From an uncultured Kangiella sp. (lineage in GTDB: Bacteria; Pseudomonadota; Gammaproteobacteria; Enterobacterales; Kangiellaceae), in assembly GCA_947503345.1 (NCBI GenBank), contig CANNCW010000005.1, positions 114,454 to 178,453 of the forward strand: 64,000 nucleotides of DNA, given 5' to 3'. Position 1 is the first letter of the stretch. The number at the start of each line of letters is the position of its first letter. The notes beneath the pieces are model-generated. The model made no database searches, had not been told where the DNA came from, and saw nothing but the letters and a program-made list of their open reading frames with translations. This document shows positions 39,176 to 49,300 of this stretch, piece by piece. The position numbers were made by a program, and so were the translations under genes.

Positions 39176-40012
39176 TTAATTTACTTTATGTAAATGCACA
39201 TCCGTTTGCGGATACGGAATTGAGATATTATTGGCGTCTAAAGCTTTCTTGATGGCTTCTAAATTGTCAAAATAGATACCCCAATAATCTGCAACATCAC
39301 CCCATACACGCAATGTAAAGTTAACCGAGCTATCGGCTAATTCTGCAACAGCAATGAATGGCTCAGGGTCTTTATGAATACGCTCATCCTTAGCCACTAC
39401 GCCTAGAATTACAGACTTAGCTTGATCAATATCGTCGTCATAACCAATACCAATAGTAAAGTCTACTCGACGCTTTCCTTCCGCAGTAATGTTAATCAGC
39501 GAATTAGTAGAAATAGGCGAGTTTGGAATGATAATAGTCTGATTATCAGGCGTTTTAAGTACAGTGTTAAAAATTTGAATTTCTTCCACTTTACCCACGT
39601 GGCCTTGAGTTTCAATCACGTCACCTACTTTGTATGGACGGAAAATCAACAACATGACGCCGCCTGCAAAGTTTTGCAAAGTTCCAGATAATGCCATGCC
39701 AATAGCTAGACCTGCACCACCTAAAATAGCTACAAAAGATGTCATTTGAACGCCAAGCATTGTTACCACAGTAACAATTAACAGAACTTTCAAGATAATA
39801 CCGGTTAAGCTAAGCAAGAATCGCTCAAGGGTTTCGTCATAGTCTTTTTTATCAAATAAGCGTTTTAATGCGCCAGTAATCATACGAATAATGATTAAGC
39901 CAATAATAAATACTACAATCGCCATCGCCAACTTAGGAGCGTATTGCTGACCAAGCTCTAAAGCTTTATCCGCTAAACCACTAAGTTCTTTTGTATCAAC
40001 AGGTAAACTCAT
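39176..40012 (-). CDS. mscS: Small-conductance mechanosensitive channel
   Basis: GAGLAIGMALSGTLQNFAGG, RPYKVGD, IIPNS, RRVDF..GY, IPYPQ; ATG 40012 with GGAG SD. Confidence 0.93.
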   Translation of the reverse strand: MSLPVDTKELSGLADKALELGQQYAPKLAMAIVVFIIGLIIIRMITGALKRLFDKKDYDETLERFLLSLTGIILKVLLIVTVVTMLGVQMTSFVAILGGAGLAIGMALSGTLQNFAGGVMLLIFRPYKVGDVIETQGHVGKVEEIQIFNTVLKTPDNQTIIIPNSPISTNSLINITAEGKRRVDFTIGIGYDDDIDQAKSVILGVVAKDERIHKDPEPFIAVAELADSSVNFTLRVWGDVADYWGIYFDNLEAIKKALDANNISIPYPQTDVHLHKVN

Positions 40013-40168
40013 TTTAATCTCCAATAAAAAATAACCTTGAAATTGTAAGTTTTTGAAATATAAGACGCAATTAATTCAATCTCACTTTTTACACTATTTT
40101 AAAATACTGCTCATAAAACACTCATATTACATGCTATTATGACAACAAACCCCATTATGGTATTTATA

Positions 40169-40567
40169 ATGCGCTATATTCTTTTATTGTCCGTTTTACT
40201 AATTTCAGCTTGTAGCTCGATTGCTCCTAATCAAATTGATTCAAAACTAGCATCTTGGCAAGGCAGTAATATCTCTACTTTAATTCAAGTATGGGGCTTA
40301 CCCACTAATGAACGCGAAATCAATGGCGTAAAATATGCCGAATGGAATTCTAAAGAAATAAAGAGTCGCCCTGCCCTTAATATTGGCCTTGGCGGTTTCG
40401 GTGGTCGAATATTTGGTAGCATTGGCACCACCATTTTTGGTGGCCAGAAAGAAACTAATTGTCTAGTCCAAGTTGCTTATAACGAAACTGGTTCTGTAGT
40501 TAGCTCAAATTGGAAAGGGGATACAGATACTTGTTTTGCTGCCATCCCTGAAAAATCAGAACAATAA
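40169..40567 (+). CDS. Hypothetical lipoprotein
   Basis: Lipobox ISAC; Gly-rich GLGGFGG segment; two Cys; start set at ATG 40169. Confidence 0.65.
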   Translation: MRYILLLSVLLISACSSIAPNQIDSKLASWQGSNISTLIQVWGLPTNEREINGVKYAEWNSKEIKSRPALNIGLGGFGGRIFGSIGTTIFGGQKETNCLVQVAYNETGSVVSSNWKGDTDTCFAAIPEKSEQ

Positions 40568-40574
40568 ATTCACT

Positions 40575-42296
40575 TTAAACTTGCAATCTTTCAATATACT
40601 GAATTAAAAGCTGTAACTCTTCTTGCTCAAAGTAATCATTAATATCTAACTGGTAAACGATTTTCACTCTTTGAGCTTTGTTTTGCCAATCCATTGGTTC
40701 AACCCGAAATGCTATTGCTGAAACGGTTTGTCCATTATCCGGGTGTCTCAATGTCAACTTCAAATGATTACCACCGACAATCCTTTGGTTAAGGACATCA
40801 AACTCACCACTAAAAGATGGCTCAGGAAAAGCTTGTCCAAAAGGACCAATGCTATCAATTGCATGGACTGAGCTAATTTGGAAATCATTAGCCGCTAGCT
40901 CACCATCGGTTTCAATGACATTTTCTATAGATTGACCATTAAGTATAATTTTTACTGCTTCATCAAAGACCTGGCAAAATTTTGAATAGTGTTTCTTCTC
41001 TAAGCTAAGCCCCGCAGCCATTGCATGGCCACCATATTTGTGGATCAACTGTGGGTACTTTGCATCAACGATAGCCAATGCATCTCGTATATGGACCTGT
41101 TGAACAGATCGCGCAGAACCTTTTAGCATTTCATTAGTATCATTGGCGAAAACAATACAGGGCTTGTTAATTTTATCTTTTACTCGAGAAGCTAGTAGCC
41201 CAACAACACCCTGATGCCAATGCTCTTGATATAAACACAAAGATTGTTCATCACTCAGCACCAAGTCTTGTTGCTCTAATAAGCTCATCGCATCTTGTTG
41301 CATATCTTGCTCAACTTCTTGCCGATCACTATTCAAGCTATGTAGTATCTGGGCGAAGTCATAAGCAGATTTTTTGTCATCAGCCAACAAACACTCAATG
41401 CCAATACTCATATCGTCAAGTCGACCTGCCGCATTTAGTCTTGGACCAATAGCAAAGCCTAAATCAGAACTTTTTACTTTATTGACTTTGCGTTTAGCCA
41501 AAGTTAATAACTCTAATATACCTGGACGAGCTTTACCCGCTTTAATCAAGCGCAATCCCTGTTTCACTAAAATTCGATTGTTGTAATCCAATGGAACTAA
41601 ATCAGCTACTGTTCCAAGCGCCACTAAGTCTAAATAATGGGCTAAGTTTGGCTCATCTATCCCTTTATCACTAAACCAGTTCTGTTCGCGTAAAAAAGAA
41701 CGTAGAGCCAATAGCACATAAAATAAAACACCAACTCCCGCTAAGTTCTTACTCGGAAAGTTATCATCTGGCTGATTTGGGTTTACAATGGCATCCGCCA
41801 TAGGTAGTTCATCACCTGCTAAATGGTGATCGGTTACTAATACTTTTATCCCTAACTCTTTTGCTCGCTTCACGCCAGCAATACTGGAAATACCATTATC
41901 AACCGTAATAATTAAATCTGGCAATTGTTCCTTAGCTAACTCGACCAACTCGGGTGATAAACCGTACCCATAATCGAAGCGGTTCGGTACTAAATATTGA
42001 ATATTTTTTGCGCCAAACTTCTCCATAACCAATTTACAAAGCGCAGCACTTGTTGCTCCATCGGCATCAAAATCACCAACAATCAATATTTTTTGTTGCT
42101 GATTAAGTGCTTCGAAAAGTAATTTAACCGCTTTGTTGATATCTGTTAATTGATGGAAAGGCAGTAAACTTGCTAAGTCATAATTGATATTAGCTTCTGG
42201 ATTAAGGCCACGGTTCGCAAGAATCCGTTGGGTTAACTTAAGCGTTTTATTAGCATGTTCATTAGACGCTTTGCGAATACAAATTTCTTTTTTCAT
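40575..42296 (-). CDS. recJ: Single-stranded DNA exonuclease RecJ
   Basis: VGDFDADG, PNRF..GYG, TVDNG, TDHH, GTVADLV, GPRLNAAGR, GGHAMAAG; start set at ATG 42296, just after the upstream stop. Confidence 0.97.
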   Translation of the reverse strand: MKKEICIRKASNEHANKTLKLTQRILANRGLNPEANINYDLASLLPFHQLTDINKAVKLLFEALNQQQKILIVGDFDADGATSAALCKLVMEKFGAKNIQYLVPNRFDYGYGLSPELVELAKEQLPDLIITVDNGISSIAGVKRAKELGIKVLVTDHHLAGDELPMADAIVNPNQPDDNFPSKNLAGVGVLFYVLLALRSFLREQNWFSDKGIDEPNLAHYLDLVALGTVADLVPLDYNNRILVKQGLRLIKAGKARPGILELLTLAKRKVNKVKSSDLGFAIGPRLNAAGRLDDMSIGIECLLADDKKSAYDFAQILHSLNSDRQEVEQDMQQDAMSLLEQQDLVLSDEQSLCLYQEHWHQGVVGLLASRVKDKINKPCIVFANDTNEMLKGSARSVQQVHIRDALAIVDAKYPQLIHKYGGHAMAAGLSLEKKHYSKFCQVFDEAVKIILNGQSIENVIETDGELAANDFQISSVHAIDSIGPFGQAFPEPSFSGEFDVLNQRIVGGNHLKLTLRHPDNGQTVSAIAFRVEPMDWQNKAQRVKIVYQLDINDYFEQEELQLLIQYIERLQV

Positions 42297-42300
42297 AAAG

Positions 42301-43524
42301 TTAGGAACTAAAGATTGCTTTTGTTTCAAATACACTCGTTGGAAACGAGTTACCATTAGATTGGAGTAATCGTTTTACAGCAAAATCAAATAGTAGCCCA
42401 TTATATTCGCGAATAATATTCAAGTCTTGCATCCATTTATCATCTAATAATTTATTTCTAATTAAGCGCTTCAAAGAAATCAAAGGCATCACTGCAGGCA
42501 AAGGATAATCACTTCCATTAACCAATCTTGAATGCCAGTGGGAGCTTTCTAAAAGTTGTTTGATCTTACGCGGAGCTCGGTTAATTTGTAAAATTGCAGA
42601 GGTTTCGCCATACAAGTTTTCCTTATATTCATCCATCATCCGACTAAACAAATCAAAACTATCGGTCATTGGTAAATTAGGCTTGTCTAAATCTTGATTC
42701 TCGCCAAGACTCGCACAATGAGCGACTATAACTTTAACGCCATTATCTAAAGCTCTACGCAATCGCAAAGGGTTACCCAGCTCCTGTGTATCCGAGCCTT
42801 GTACAGCTTTTTCTGTTCCAGCATGGCATATAAGTGGTAATTTAAGTTGCGCTAACCTTTGGTAAAACTTATCGCATTTTGCAGAAGCTGGGTCCATATT
42901 CTGCGCTGGTGGCAACCATTTAACTGCAACAGCACCCTGCGCTTTAGCCTTATCAAGTGCATCCAAAGCATCAAGTCGATAAGGATGAATTGACGCAACC
43001 CATTCAAATTGTTGTGAGAACTTTTTTGCTAATAATGCAGGGTATTCATTGGGTACAAAAAAAGTGCTCAACTCTTTTATGGGTTGACCATTAGAGTCAT
43101 GATGGTAATCAAATGCTAACAGCATTGTTTTAAAGCCTTCAGGCATATCTTTGAGTAGCACATTAAGCCGGTCAACAAAGCCATTATCCGCTTGGCTTAT
43201 ATCGCTTATACAAGAAGCATTAAGGTAAAATTGGAACTGCGCATATTGCAAAGGGTGAGCCAATGATTGCATATCAGGATTTATCCAAATCCCAGAATCA
43301 GCATCCCCCATACCTACTGTGTGCACATGACAGTCCCATACATTACTAGGTGTAATATCTTGCCAAATTTTTTGCCACAGTTCGGTATCTTTTATCATAC
43401 TAGGTAGCTTTGCCGAGCAAGGATTTTTTAGATAGCCATCCCAATATTTTGAAGCTTGCCAATAGCCTACAGCCCCCAGTGCAGAAGTCACTGCCAATCC
43501 TTTTAATAGTCTTCTTCTTTTCAT
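42301..43524 (-). CDS. Amidohydrolase-superfamily metalloenzyme with a twin-arginine-like signal
   Basis: MKRRRLLKGLAV...; DCHVH, WVASIHPY, VKWLP, CHAG, VAHCA, NGSDYP. Confidence 0.8.
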   Translation of the reverse strand: MKRRRLLKGLAVTSALGAVGYWQASKYWDGYLKNPCSAKLPSMIKDTELWQKIWQDITPSNVWDCHVHTVGMGDADSGIWINPDMQSLAHPLQYAQFQFYLNASCISDISQADNGFVDRLNVLLKDMPEGFKTMLLAFDYHHDSNGQPIKELSTFFVPNEYPALLAKKFSQQFEWVASIHPYRLDALDALDKAKAQGAVAVKWLPPAQNMDPASAKCDKFYQRLAQLKLPLICHAGTEKAVQGSDTQELGNPLRLRRALDNGVKVIVAHCASLGENQDLDKPNLPMTDSFDLFSRMMDEYKENLYGETSAILQINRAPRKIKQLLESSHWHSRLVNGSDYPLPAVMPLISLKRLIRNKLLDDKWMQDLNIIREYNGLLFDFAVKRLLQSNGNSFPTSVFETKAIFSS

Positions 43525-43581
43525 TTCGTTATAAATTGATATGATTATTAATAAGTTCTCACATGCGATAATAAAATACCA

Positions 43582-43950
43582 GTGGAAATCTCACTAGATC
43601 AATCAATCAGTAAAATCAAAGTACAATCGTATCAGGCTGGAAGTATCACTATAAATGGAGTGTCTTTTACTAACTCCATAGCCATAACTAATGAACTAAT
43701 TCACCCGCCAATAAACTTAGAAAACGTTAACGAGTTAGAATTAAAGCTTTTAAAATCACTAGAGTTCACAAGCTTTGAAGTGATATTGATTGGTACTGGT
43801 GAAAAATTACAATTTCCAAGCTGGGATTTAATAGAAGAAGCACAATGCTTGGGAAGTCCTTTGGAGATCATGTCAACTGGAGCTGCTTGCAGAACCTTCA
43901 CCGTGTTAGCCGATGAAGGTCGCAAGGTTTTAGCCATTTTATTTCCCTAA
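43582..43950 (+). CDS. Mth938-like domain protein
   Basis: EVILIGTG..L.FP, EIMSTGAACRTF.VL..EGR.V. Confidence 0.9.
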   Translation: MEISLDQSISKIKVQSYQAGSITINGVSFTNSIAITNELIHPPINLENVNELELKLLKSLEFTSFEVILIGTGEKLQFPSWDLIEEAQCLGSPLEIMSTGAACRTFTVLADEGRKVLAILFP

Positions 43951-43971
43951 TAAAATAAGCTTCAAGGATTA

Positions 43972-44733
43972 TTACTCAGATTTCATGCTATCTAAATTTT
44001 GAATCAGCACCTCTGCTGGCTGATAGCCACCAATTAGATTACCATCTTCAAGAATAATACTTGGAGTACCACCTAAACCAAATTTACGCACTAGTTTCAT
44101 ATGTTCAGCTAATGGATTATTACAAGTTGCTTTACTGAACTTTTGGTTCAATTTTGCATCAGTCATCGCGGTCTGGCGATCGGCAGAACACCAAATACCT
44201 TCAAGTTTTTTTGCAGAAGAAGAAGCTAAACCTGCACGCGGGAACGCTAGATAGCGAATAGTAATACCACGATCTAAATAATCTTGGCGTTCACGATGCA
44301 ATTTACGGCAGTAACCACAGTCAATATCAGTAAAAACTGTAATTACGTGTTTTTCATCAGGTGCTTTATAAACCACCATATCTTTTTCTTTCAAAGAAGC
44401 TACATCAGCTTTTCTCATTGGAGCTTTAAGGCTATTCCATTTCGCTTTTTGCGTATTATTCAAATTGACACGGTTTTCAAGATCTATCGCAGTTCCTTGA
44501 ATAAAAAAGCGCCCATCTTTGGATAAATATACTAACTCTCCATCCGCTTCGATTGCATAAAAACCGGGGATATCGCTATCGTTCATCAAGTTGATGTTAA
44601 GACTTGGAAAGCGCTCTTTCATTAACGTTTTTAAATCCTCTTGATTTAGCTCAGCCTCCTTTGCTTCTATTGTAAAAGTAGTCACAAAAAAGCTAAGTAA
44701 CGAAATTAATAAGAGATTAGTAAGTTTTTTCAT
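43972..44733 (-). CDS. dsbC: Disulfide isomerase DsbC
   Basis: Signal peptide, FTDIDCGYC, YLAFPRAG, GTP cis-Pro loop; downstream of xerD. Confidence 0.93.
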   Translation of the reverse strand: MKKLTNLLLISLLSFFVTTFTIEAKEAELNQEDLKTLMKERFPSLNINLMNDSDIPGFYAIEADGELVYLSKDGRFFIQGTAIDLENRVNLNNTQKAKWNSLKAPMRKADVASLKEKDMVVYKAPDEKHVITVFTDIDCGYCRKLHRERQDYLDRGITIRYLAFPRAGLASSSAKKLEGIWCSADRQTAMTDAKLNQKFSKATCNNPLAEHMKLVRKFGLGGTPSIILEDGNLIGGYQPAEVLIQNLDSMKSE

Positions 44734-44898
44734 AATGTATAACCAAATTAAACTAAAGTTCCATAATATTAAGCAGATATAGAAATGTGCCTATCCATAA
44801 TATGATGACATTCTACGACTTTTATAGTGAAAAAAGCATCAATTTACATAGATTTACATGCAATGACAATAGGTTTAATAACTGAGAATAAAGCCCTC

Positions 44899-45795
44899 TT
44901 AGCCTCTAGGATGGTGTTCTGAGTGAATTTGTTTTAAACGTTCTTTGGCTACATGAGTATAAATCTGGGTAGTCGATAAATCACTGTGCCCCAATAGCAT
45001 CTGTAGAGTTCTAAGATCAGCACCATGATTAAGCAAATGAGTGGCAAAGGCATGCCGTAAAGTATGCGGTGAAATCGGCTTATTTAAACCAGCCTGTTTA
45101 CTGTATAGCTTTATCCGATGCCAGAAAGTTTGTCGAGTCATCTGCTTTCCTCGGCCACTTAAAAATACAACATCTGTAATTTTACCTTTGGCCAGATCTG
45201 CTCGTCCATATTGTATATAGGATTGCATAGCTTCTAATGCGATTTCACCTATTGGTACAAGACGCTCTTTATTACCTTTACCCATAACCCGAATTACACC
45301 TTGCTGAAATCCAATTTGATTAAGCTCAATCGAAACGAGCTCAGAAATTCTCAATCCGCTGGAATATAGCAATTCAAGCATTGCTTTGTCTCTAAGACCC
45401 AAAGCAGTCTCTAAATCTGGTTGGAGAAGAAGCTTTTCAACATCATCTTCACTCAATGACTTTGGTATTGGTGCTTGTATTTTTGGGCTATCAATATGCA
45501 AAGTTGGGTCTTCATCAATGATATGGTTCTGTAATAAATAACGATAGAACTTACGTGCAGAAGATAAAAACCTAGCGGTCGAACGACTGTTGAATGCTTT
45601 CTGATAACGGTGAGCTAAATAATTTTGAATAACCATTCTGTCAGCTTTAATCAACTGAATCTTTTGAGGTCCAAGCCATTGCGAAAACTTTTTTAAATCA
45701 CTGCGATAACTAGATAAAGTCGCGTCAGAAAGCCCTTGCTCCATCCAGATTTGATCGCAAAATTGCTCTATGAATTGCTTATCACTTTCAGTCAA
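44899..45795 (-). CDS. xerD: Site-specific tyrosine recombinase XerD
   Basis: RDKAMLELLYSSGLRISEL, GKGNKERLVP, SPHTLRHAFATHLL.HGADLR, LGH...TTQIYTH; xerD-dsbC context. Confidence 0.96.
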   Translation of the reverse strand: MTESDKQFIEQFCDQIWMEQGLSDATLSSYRSDLKKFSQWLGPQKIQLIKADRMVIQNYLAHRYQKAFNSRSTARFLSSARKFYRYLLQNHIIDEDPTLHIDSPKIQAPIPKSLSEDDVEKLLLQPDLETALGLRDKAMLELLYSSGLRISELVSIELNQIGFQQGVIRVMGKGNKERLVPIGEIALEAMQSYIQYGRADLAKGKITDVVFLSGRGKQMTRQTFWHRIKLYSKQAGLNKPISPHTLRHAFATHLLNHGADLRTLQMLLGHSDLSTTQIYTHVAKERLKQIHSEHHPRG

Positions 45796-45876
45796 AATCC
45801 TTTCTCTTTAATGATTTATATTCATAACAACAATACAAGGGAGCTACCAACTCCCTTGTTATTGAAATTAACTTCA

Positions 45877-46911
45877 CTATTTAATCGGAAAATAGACGTG
45901 AGTTATCAATTCGCTTTCAGGAGTCACACTAGGGTCTGAGACATATTGCTCCCACGGATTACCATTCATTTCCAGTTGATTATTAACAATATAAGATTGG
46001 GCTTTTTCATAGGAGTTTGCCATGTCCATATAAGCACCTGTATGAACCACTTTTACAGCTCTGCCTGAGTAAGAAAGTTTAAACTGAATAGCGTTATCCG
46101 TTTTTACTTCAACTGGGATATCGACTGGCAGGGCTGCTTCAAAAGCCCAAAAACCTTCCTCAGGACTACCACCAGTGGTTATTGCCAACGGAGCTCCAGC
46201 AAAATTGATTTCTTTTTCAGCCATAAAAGCGATCATAGCACCATAAGATTCAGCCAATGCTTTTGAAATTAAATCTCCATCAAAATCAGCTTTATTAGCC
46301 ATATAAATCAAGTGTTGGCTATCTACATCCACAATTTGAGGATGCCCCGCAGTAGTTGGCTTTTCTTTATGAACCACCGCGGGTTCTGGTAGTGCTTCGA
46401 CTTTATTCTTTAAGTTTGACAGTCCTTTTTCATACATGTCGCCTAGAAATGAATCCAACATCAACCCCATATATTTGTCTAATGGACCATTAAGCGCTGT
46501 ATTAAAGCTCCAAGTCATCTTAGTACCATCTTCCACTGGTTCAAGCTTATAGCTAACCGCTGAGGGTGGCTGGCCATCAAAAATTAATTTCAGTTTAATC
46601 TCACTATTAGGGTTTGACTCAATAATTTCTTGAGACCCCTTGCCAGTGTTTTCTCCGTCCCAAGTAAATTTAGAGGTGACTCCGACATCTGCGCCACTAA
46701 ACTCGTATTTACCATCTGGATCCATCTCAAACCACGGAGACCAATCATTGAAGTTTTTCATACTATTTAAGTAATTAAACACTTTATCTGTTTTAGCGTT
46801 GATCACCGTAGAGCGTTCAACCGTTGCCTCTTTAGGCAGGAAGAAACTTCCTATAAACAGCAGCAAAATAATCACTGCCAATATCATCATAATTTTTCTT
46901 AACATCGCCAT
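45877..46911 (-). CDS. SRPBCC (polyketide cyclase-like) + GyrI-like effector-binding domain protein
   Basis: N-terminal TM; VERSTVINA...WSPW..DP...WDG..G.G; C-terminal HTGAY...Y...PWEQY.SDP..T.I.FP; start set at 46911. Confidence 0.82.
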   Translation of the reverse strand: MAMLRKIMMILAVIILLLFIGSFFLPKEATVERSTVINAKTDKVFNYLNSMKNFNDWSPWFEMDPDGKYEFSGADVGVTSKFTWDGENTGKGSQEIIESNPNSEIKLKLIFDGQPPSAVSYKLEPVEDGTKMTWSFNTALNGPLDKYMGLMLDSFLGDMYEKGLSNLKNKVEALPEPAVVHKEKPTTAGHPQIVDVDSQHLIYMANKADFDGDLISKALAESYGAMIAFMAEKEINFAGAPLAITTGGSPEEGFWAFEAALPVDIPVEVKTDNAIQFKLSYSGRAVKVVHTGAYMDMANSYEKAQSYIVNNQLEMNGNPWEQYVSDPSVTPESELITHVYFPIK

Positions 46912-46997
46912 AGATAAGTCCCCAATAGAATCATTTGCAAGGTTATAAACTACCATGAATCATCATTTTTGTTAATTCAATACCTAAATCTCAGGCA

Positions 46998-47025
46998 TAA
47001 AAAAAGCAGCTCAAGAGCTGCTTTT
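46998..47025 (-). terminator. Terminator of the rpsP-rimM-trmD-rplS operon
   Basis: AAAAGCAGCTC-TT-GAGCTGCTTTT followed by TTT. Confidence 0.88.
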
Positions 47026-47048
47026 ATCAATTGGATAGTAAATAACAA

Positions 47049-47411
47049 TTACTTGTTTTTACCTTTAAGATCCAACTTCTCTTTAATACGTGCAGATTTA
47101 CCTGAACGCTCACGCAAGTAGTAGATCTTCGCTTGACGAACATCACCACGGCGCTTAACAGTAATACTGTCAACCAATGGGCTGTATGTTTGGAATGTAC
47201 GCTCAACACCTACACCCGAAGAAATTTTACGTACTGTGAATGCAGAGTTAAGACCACGGTTACGCTTAGCAATTACAACGCCTTCATATGCCTGTAAACG
47301 CTCACGGTCACCTTCTTTTACTTTAACCTGTACTACAACAGTGTCACCAGCACCGAAAGTCGGTACTTCTTTAGTCATTTGTTCAGCTTCTAACTGATCG
47401 ATAATGTTCAT
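47049..47411 (-). CDS. rplS: 50S ribosomal protein L19
   Basis: FGAGDTV.V.V...[28 protein letters not shown]; ATG 47411 with GAGGAG SD. Confidence 0.98.
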   Translation of the reverse strand: MNIIDQLEAEQMTKEVPTFGAGDTVVVQVKVKEGDRERLQAYEGVVIAKRNRGLNSAFTVRKISSGVGVERTFQTYSPLVDSITVKRRGDVRQAKIYYLRERSGKSARIKEKLDLKGKNK

Positions 47412-47480
47412 GGCTGTGCTCCTCACTTGAGCTCTACTTTTCAATAGAATAAAAACTAATAATGTTTGATAAATATGAAA

Positions 47481-48239
47481 CTAAGCTTCGTACTCATCGA
47501 TAAATTCTTGCAACAAAGTTTGCTGTTCATCGTTTAACTCAACGCCTTCCAACAAGTCTTTGCGTCTTACCCAAGTTCTTCCCAGAGATTGCTTCAGCCT
47601 CCAGCGACGAATTTTCTCGTGGTCACCAGTTAGCAATATGTTTGGAACCTGTTTGCCCTCAAAAAATTCAGGGCGCGTATAGTGCGGATGGTCTAATAAA
47701 GCTATCTCATCACCACTAAACGAATCCTCAACCGCCGACTGCTCATGCCCGAGAACCTCAGGCAATACGCGAACAACCGCGTCGATTACGGCCATAGCCG
47801 CAACTTCCCCTCCACTAAGAACAAAATCTCCAAGTGAGATTTCTTGGTCGATTTCCAACTCAATCACTCGCTCGTCAATCCCTTCATAGCGCCCTGCTAC
47901 TAATAGCAGATTAGGCTTTTCAGCCAATTCTTGAACCAATTTTTGGTCTAGCTTCTTACCTTGCGGTGAAAGATAGACTTTATGTACTGGTTCTCCATCT
48001 ATTGCCAACTTAGAATCGGCAAATCGAATCGCTTGGGTTAATGGCTCGGTCATCATCAACATACCTGGCCCGCCCCCATAAGGTCGATCATCTACCGTGC
48101 GATGTTTATCACTGGTAAAGTCTCTTGGGTTAGTCACCTCAAAGCCAACTTTACCTTTTTGAATGGCTCTGCCTACTACGCCTTGTTCAGTCACCACATC
48201 AAACATCTGTGGAAACAAGCTAATCACATGAATATTCAC
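47481..48239 (-). CDS. trmD: tRNA m1G37 methyltransferase
   Basis: [39 protein letters not shown]. Confidence 0.98.
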   Translation of the reverse strand: MNIHVISLFPQMFDVVTEQGVVGRAIQKGKVGFEVTNPRDFTSDKHRTVDDRPYGGGPGMLMMTEPLTQAIRFADSKLAIDGEPVHKVYLSPQGKKLDQKLVQELAEKPNLLLVAGRYEGIDERVIELEIDQEISLGDFVLSGGEVAAMAVIDAVVRVLPEVLGHEQSAVEDSFSGDEIALLDHPHYTRPEFFEGKQVPNILLTGDHEKIRRWRLKQSLGRTWVRRKDLLEGVELNDEQQTLLQEFIDEYEA

Positions 48240-48250
48240 TGATTAACCAT

Positions 48251-48772
48251 TTAAATGTAGTCGGCTTGCCAATCAACCGTGATTAATTTCGCGGTTAAAT
48301 CCACCTTAATAACACTGTAATCCAGAACAAATGGGATCAATAACTCTTCCCCGTTAGTCTCAACAACCAACACATCATTTGCCCCAGTTTCCATCAGTTT
48401 CTTAACGTTGCCAAAGTTTTCACCTTGCAAGTTAACCACCGATAGCCCCACCAGATCGCGCCAATAATAATCGTCGCCCTCTAATTGAGGAAGCTGTGAT
48501 TGATCTATTGCTAGTTCATTACCATGGTAACTTTCAGCTAAATTACGATCATCACAACCTTTAATGTGGGCCACTACGGTTTTACCCTGCTCACGCCCAT
48601 TAGTGATTTCCAGTGGCAGCCATTGGCCTTTCACTTTCATATACCAAGGGTTATAGGAAAGAATATTTTCCTTTGGATCAGTGTAAGAATAAATCTTAAT
48701 CCAACCCTTAATGCCATAAGCGCCGTTAACTTTGCCAACCACTAATGGTTTGAAATCTTCCGACAATGACAT
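48251..48772 (-). CDS. rimM: Ribosome maturation factor RimM
   Basis: VGK..GAYGIKGW, YYWRDLVG, ETGANDVLVV, LIPFV. Confidence 0.97.
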   Translation of the reverse strand: MSLSEDFKPLVVGKVNGAYGIKGWIKIYSYTDPKENILSYNPWYMKVKGQWLPLEITNGREQGKTVVAHIKGCDDRNLAESYHGNELAIDQSQLPQLEGDDYYWRDLVGLSVVNLQGENFGNVKKLMETGANDVLVVETNGEELLIPFVLDYSVIKVDLTAKLITVDWQADYI

Positions 48773-48802
48773 CTTCGACCTCTTAACTAATTAAGAAGCT
48801 AA

Positions 48803-49048
48803 TTATGCAGCTGCGTTATCTTTCAACAACTTAGCAACACGAGCGCTTGGTTGTGCGCCTTGACCAACCCAATGCTCAACACGATCAGCATTAACGCGTA
48901 AACGCTCTTCTTGACCGCGAGCTACAGGGTTAAAGAAACCCACACGCTCAATAAAACGGCCATCACGCTTCATACGTTGATCAGCAACTACTAAGTGGTA
49001 AAAAGGGCGTTTTTTAGAACCGCCACGAGCTAAACGAATGACTACCAT
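48803..49048 (-). CDS. rpsP: 30S ribosomal protein S16
   Basis: [28 protein letters not shown]. Confidence 0.99.
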   Translation of the reverse strand: MVVIRLARGGSKKRPFYHLVVADQRMKRDGRFIERVGFFNPVARGQEERLRVNADRVEHWVGQGAQPSARVAKLLKDNAAA

Positions 49049-49131
49049 CGTTTAAATCCTCTGTTTTAAGTACAAAAAGGCCTCGAAAACGCCATATTAC
49101 GAGGTTTTCAAAGGCTTACAAATTTTTAAGA

Positions 49132-49166
49132 GCGCGAATTTTACATGAAAACCCATGCTTTGGGAA
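49132..49166 (-). promoter_or_regulatory. Candidate rpsP operon promoter with a GC-rich discriminator
   Basis: TTCCCA (49166-49161), 17 nt, TAAAAT (49143-49138), then TCGCGC. Confidence 0.5.
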
Positions 49167-49300
49167 ATGGTTTATAACAAATTCTTCGCTTACGGGGTTA
49201 AAAATATATAACCTTTAATTCTTGCTACGGAACACATTTTACGTCGCTGAATTTTGCTAGTTTATGAGCCTTATATATTATTTATTTCAAGGACTTAGAA

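Noticed and set aside
44899-45795. Tyrosine recombinase as the integrase of a mobile element
   Set aside because: Sequence and xerD-dsbC context identify housekeeping XerD; no att sites or cargo.
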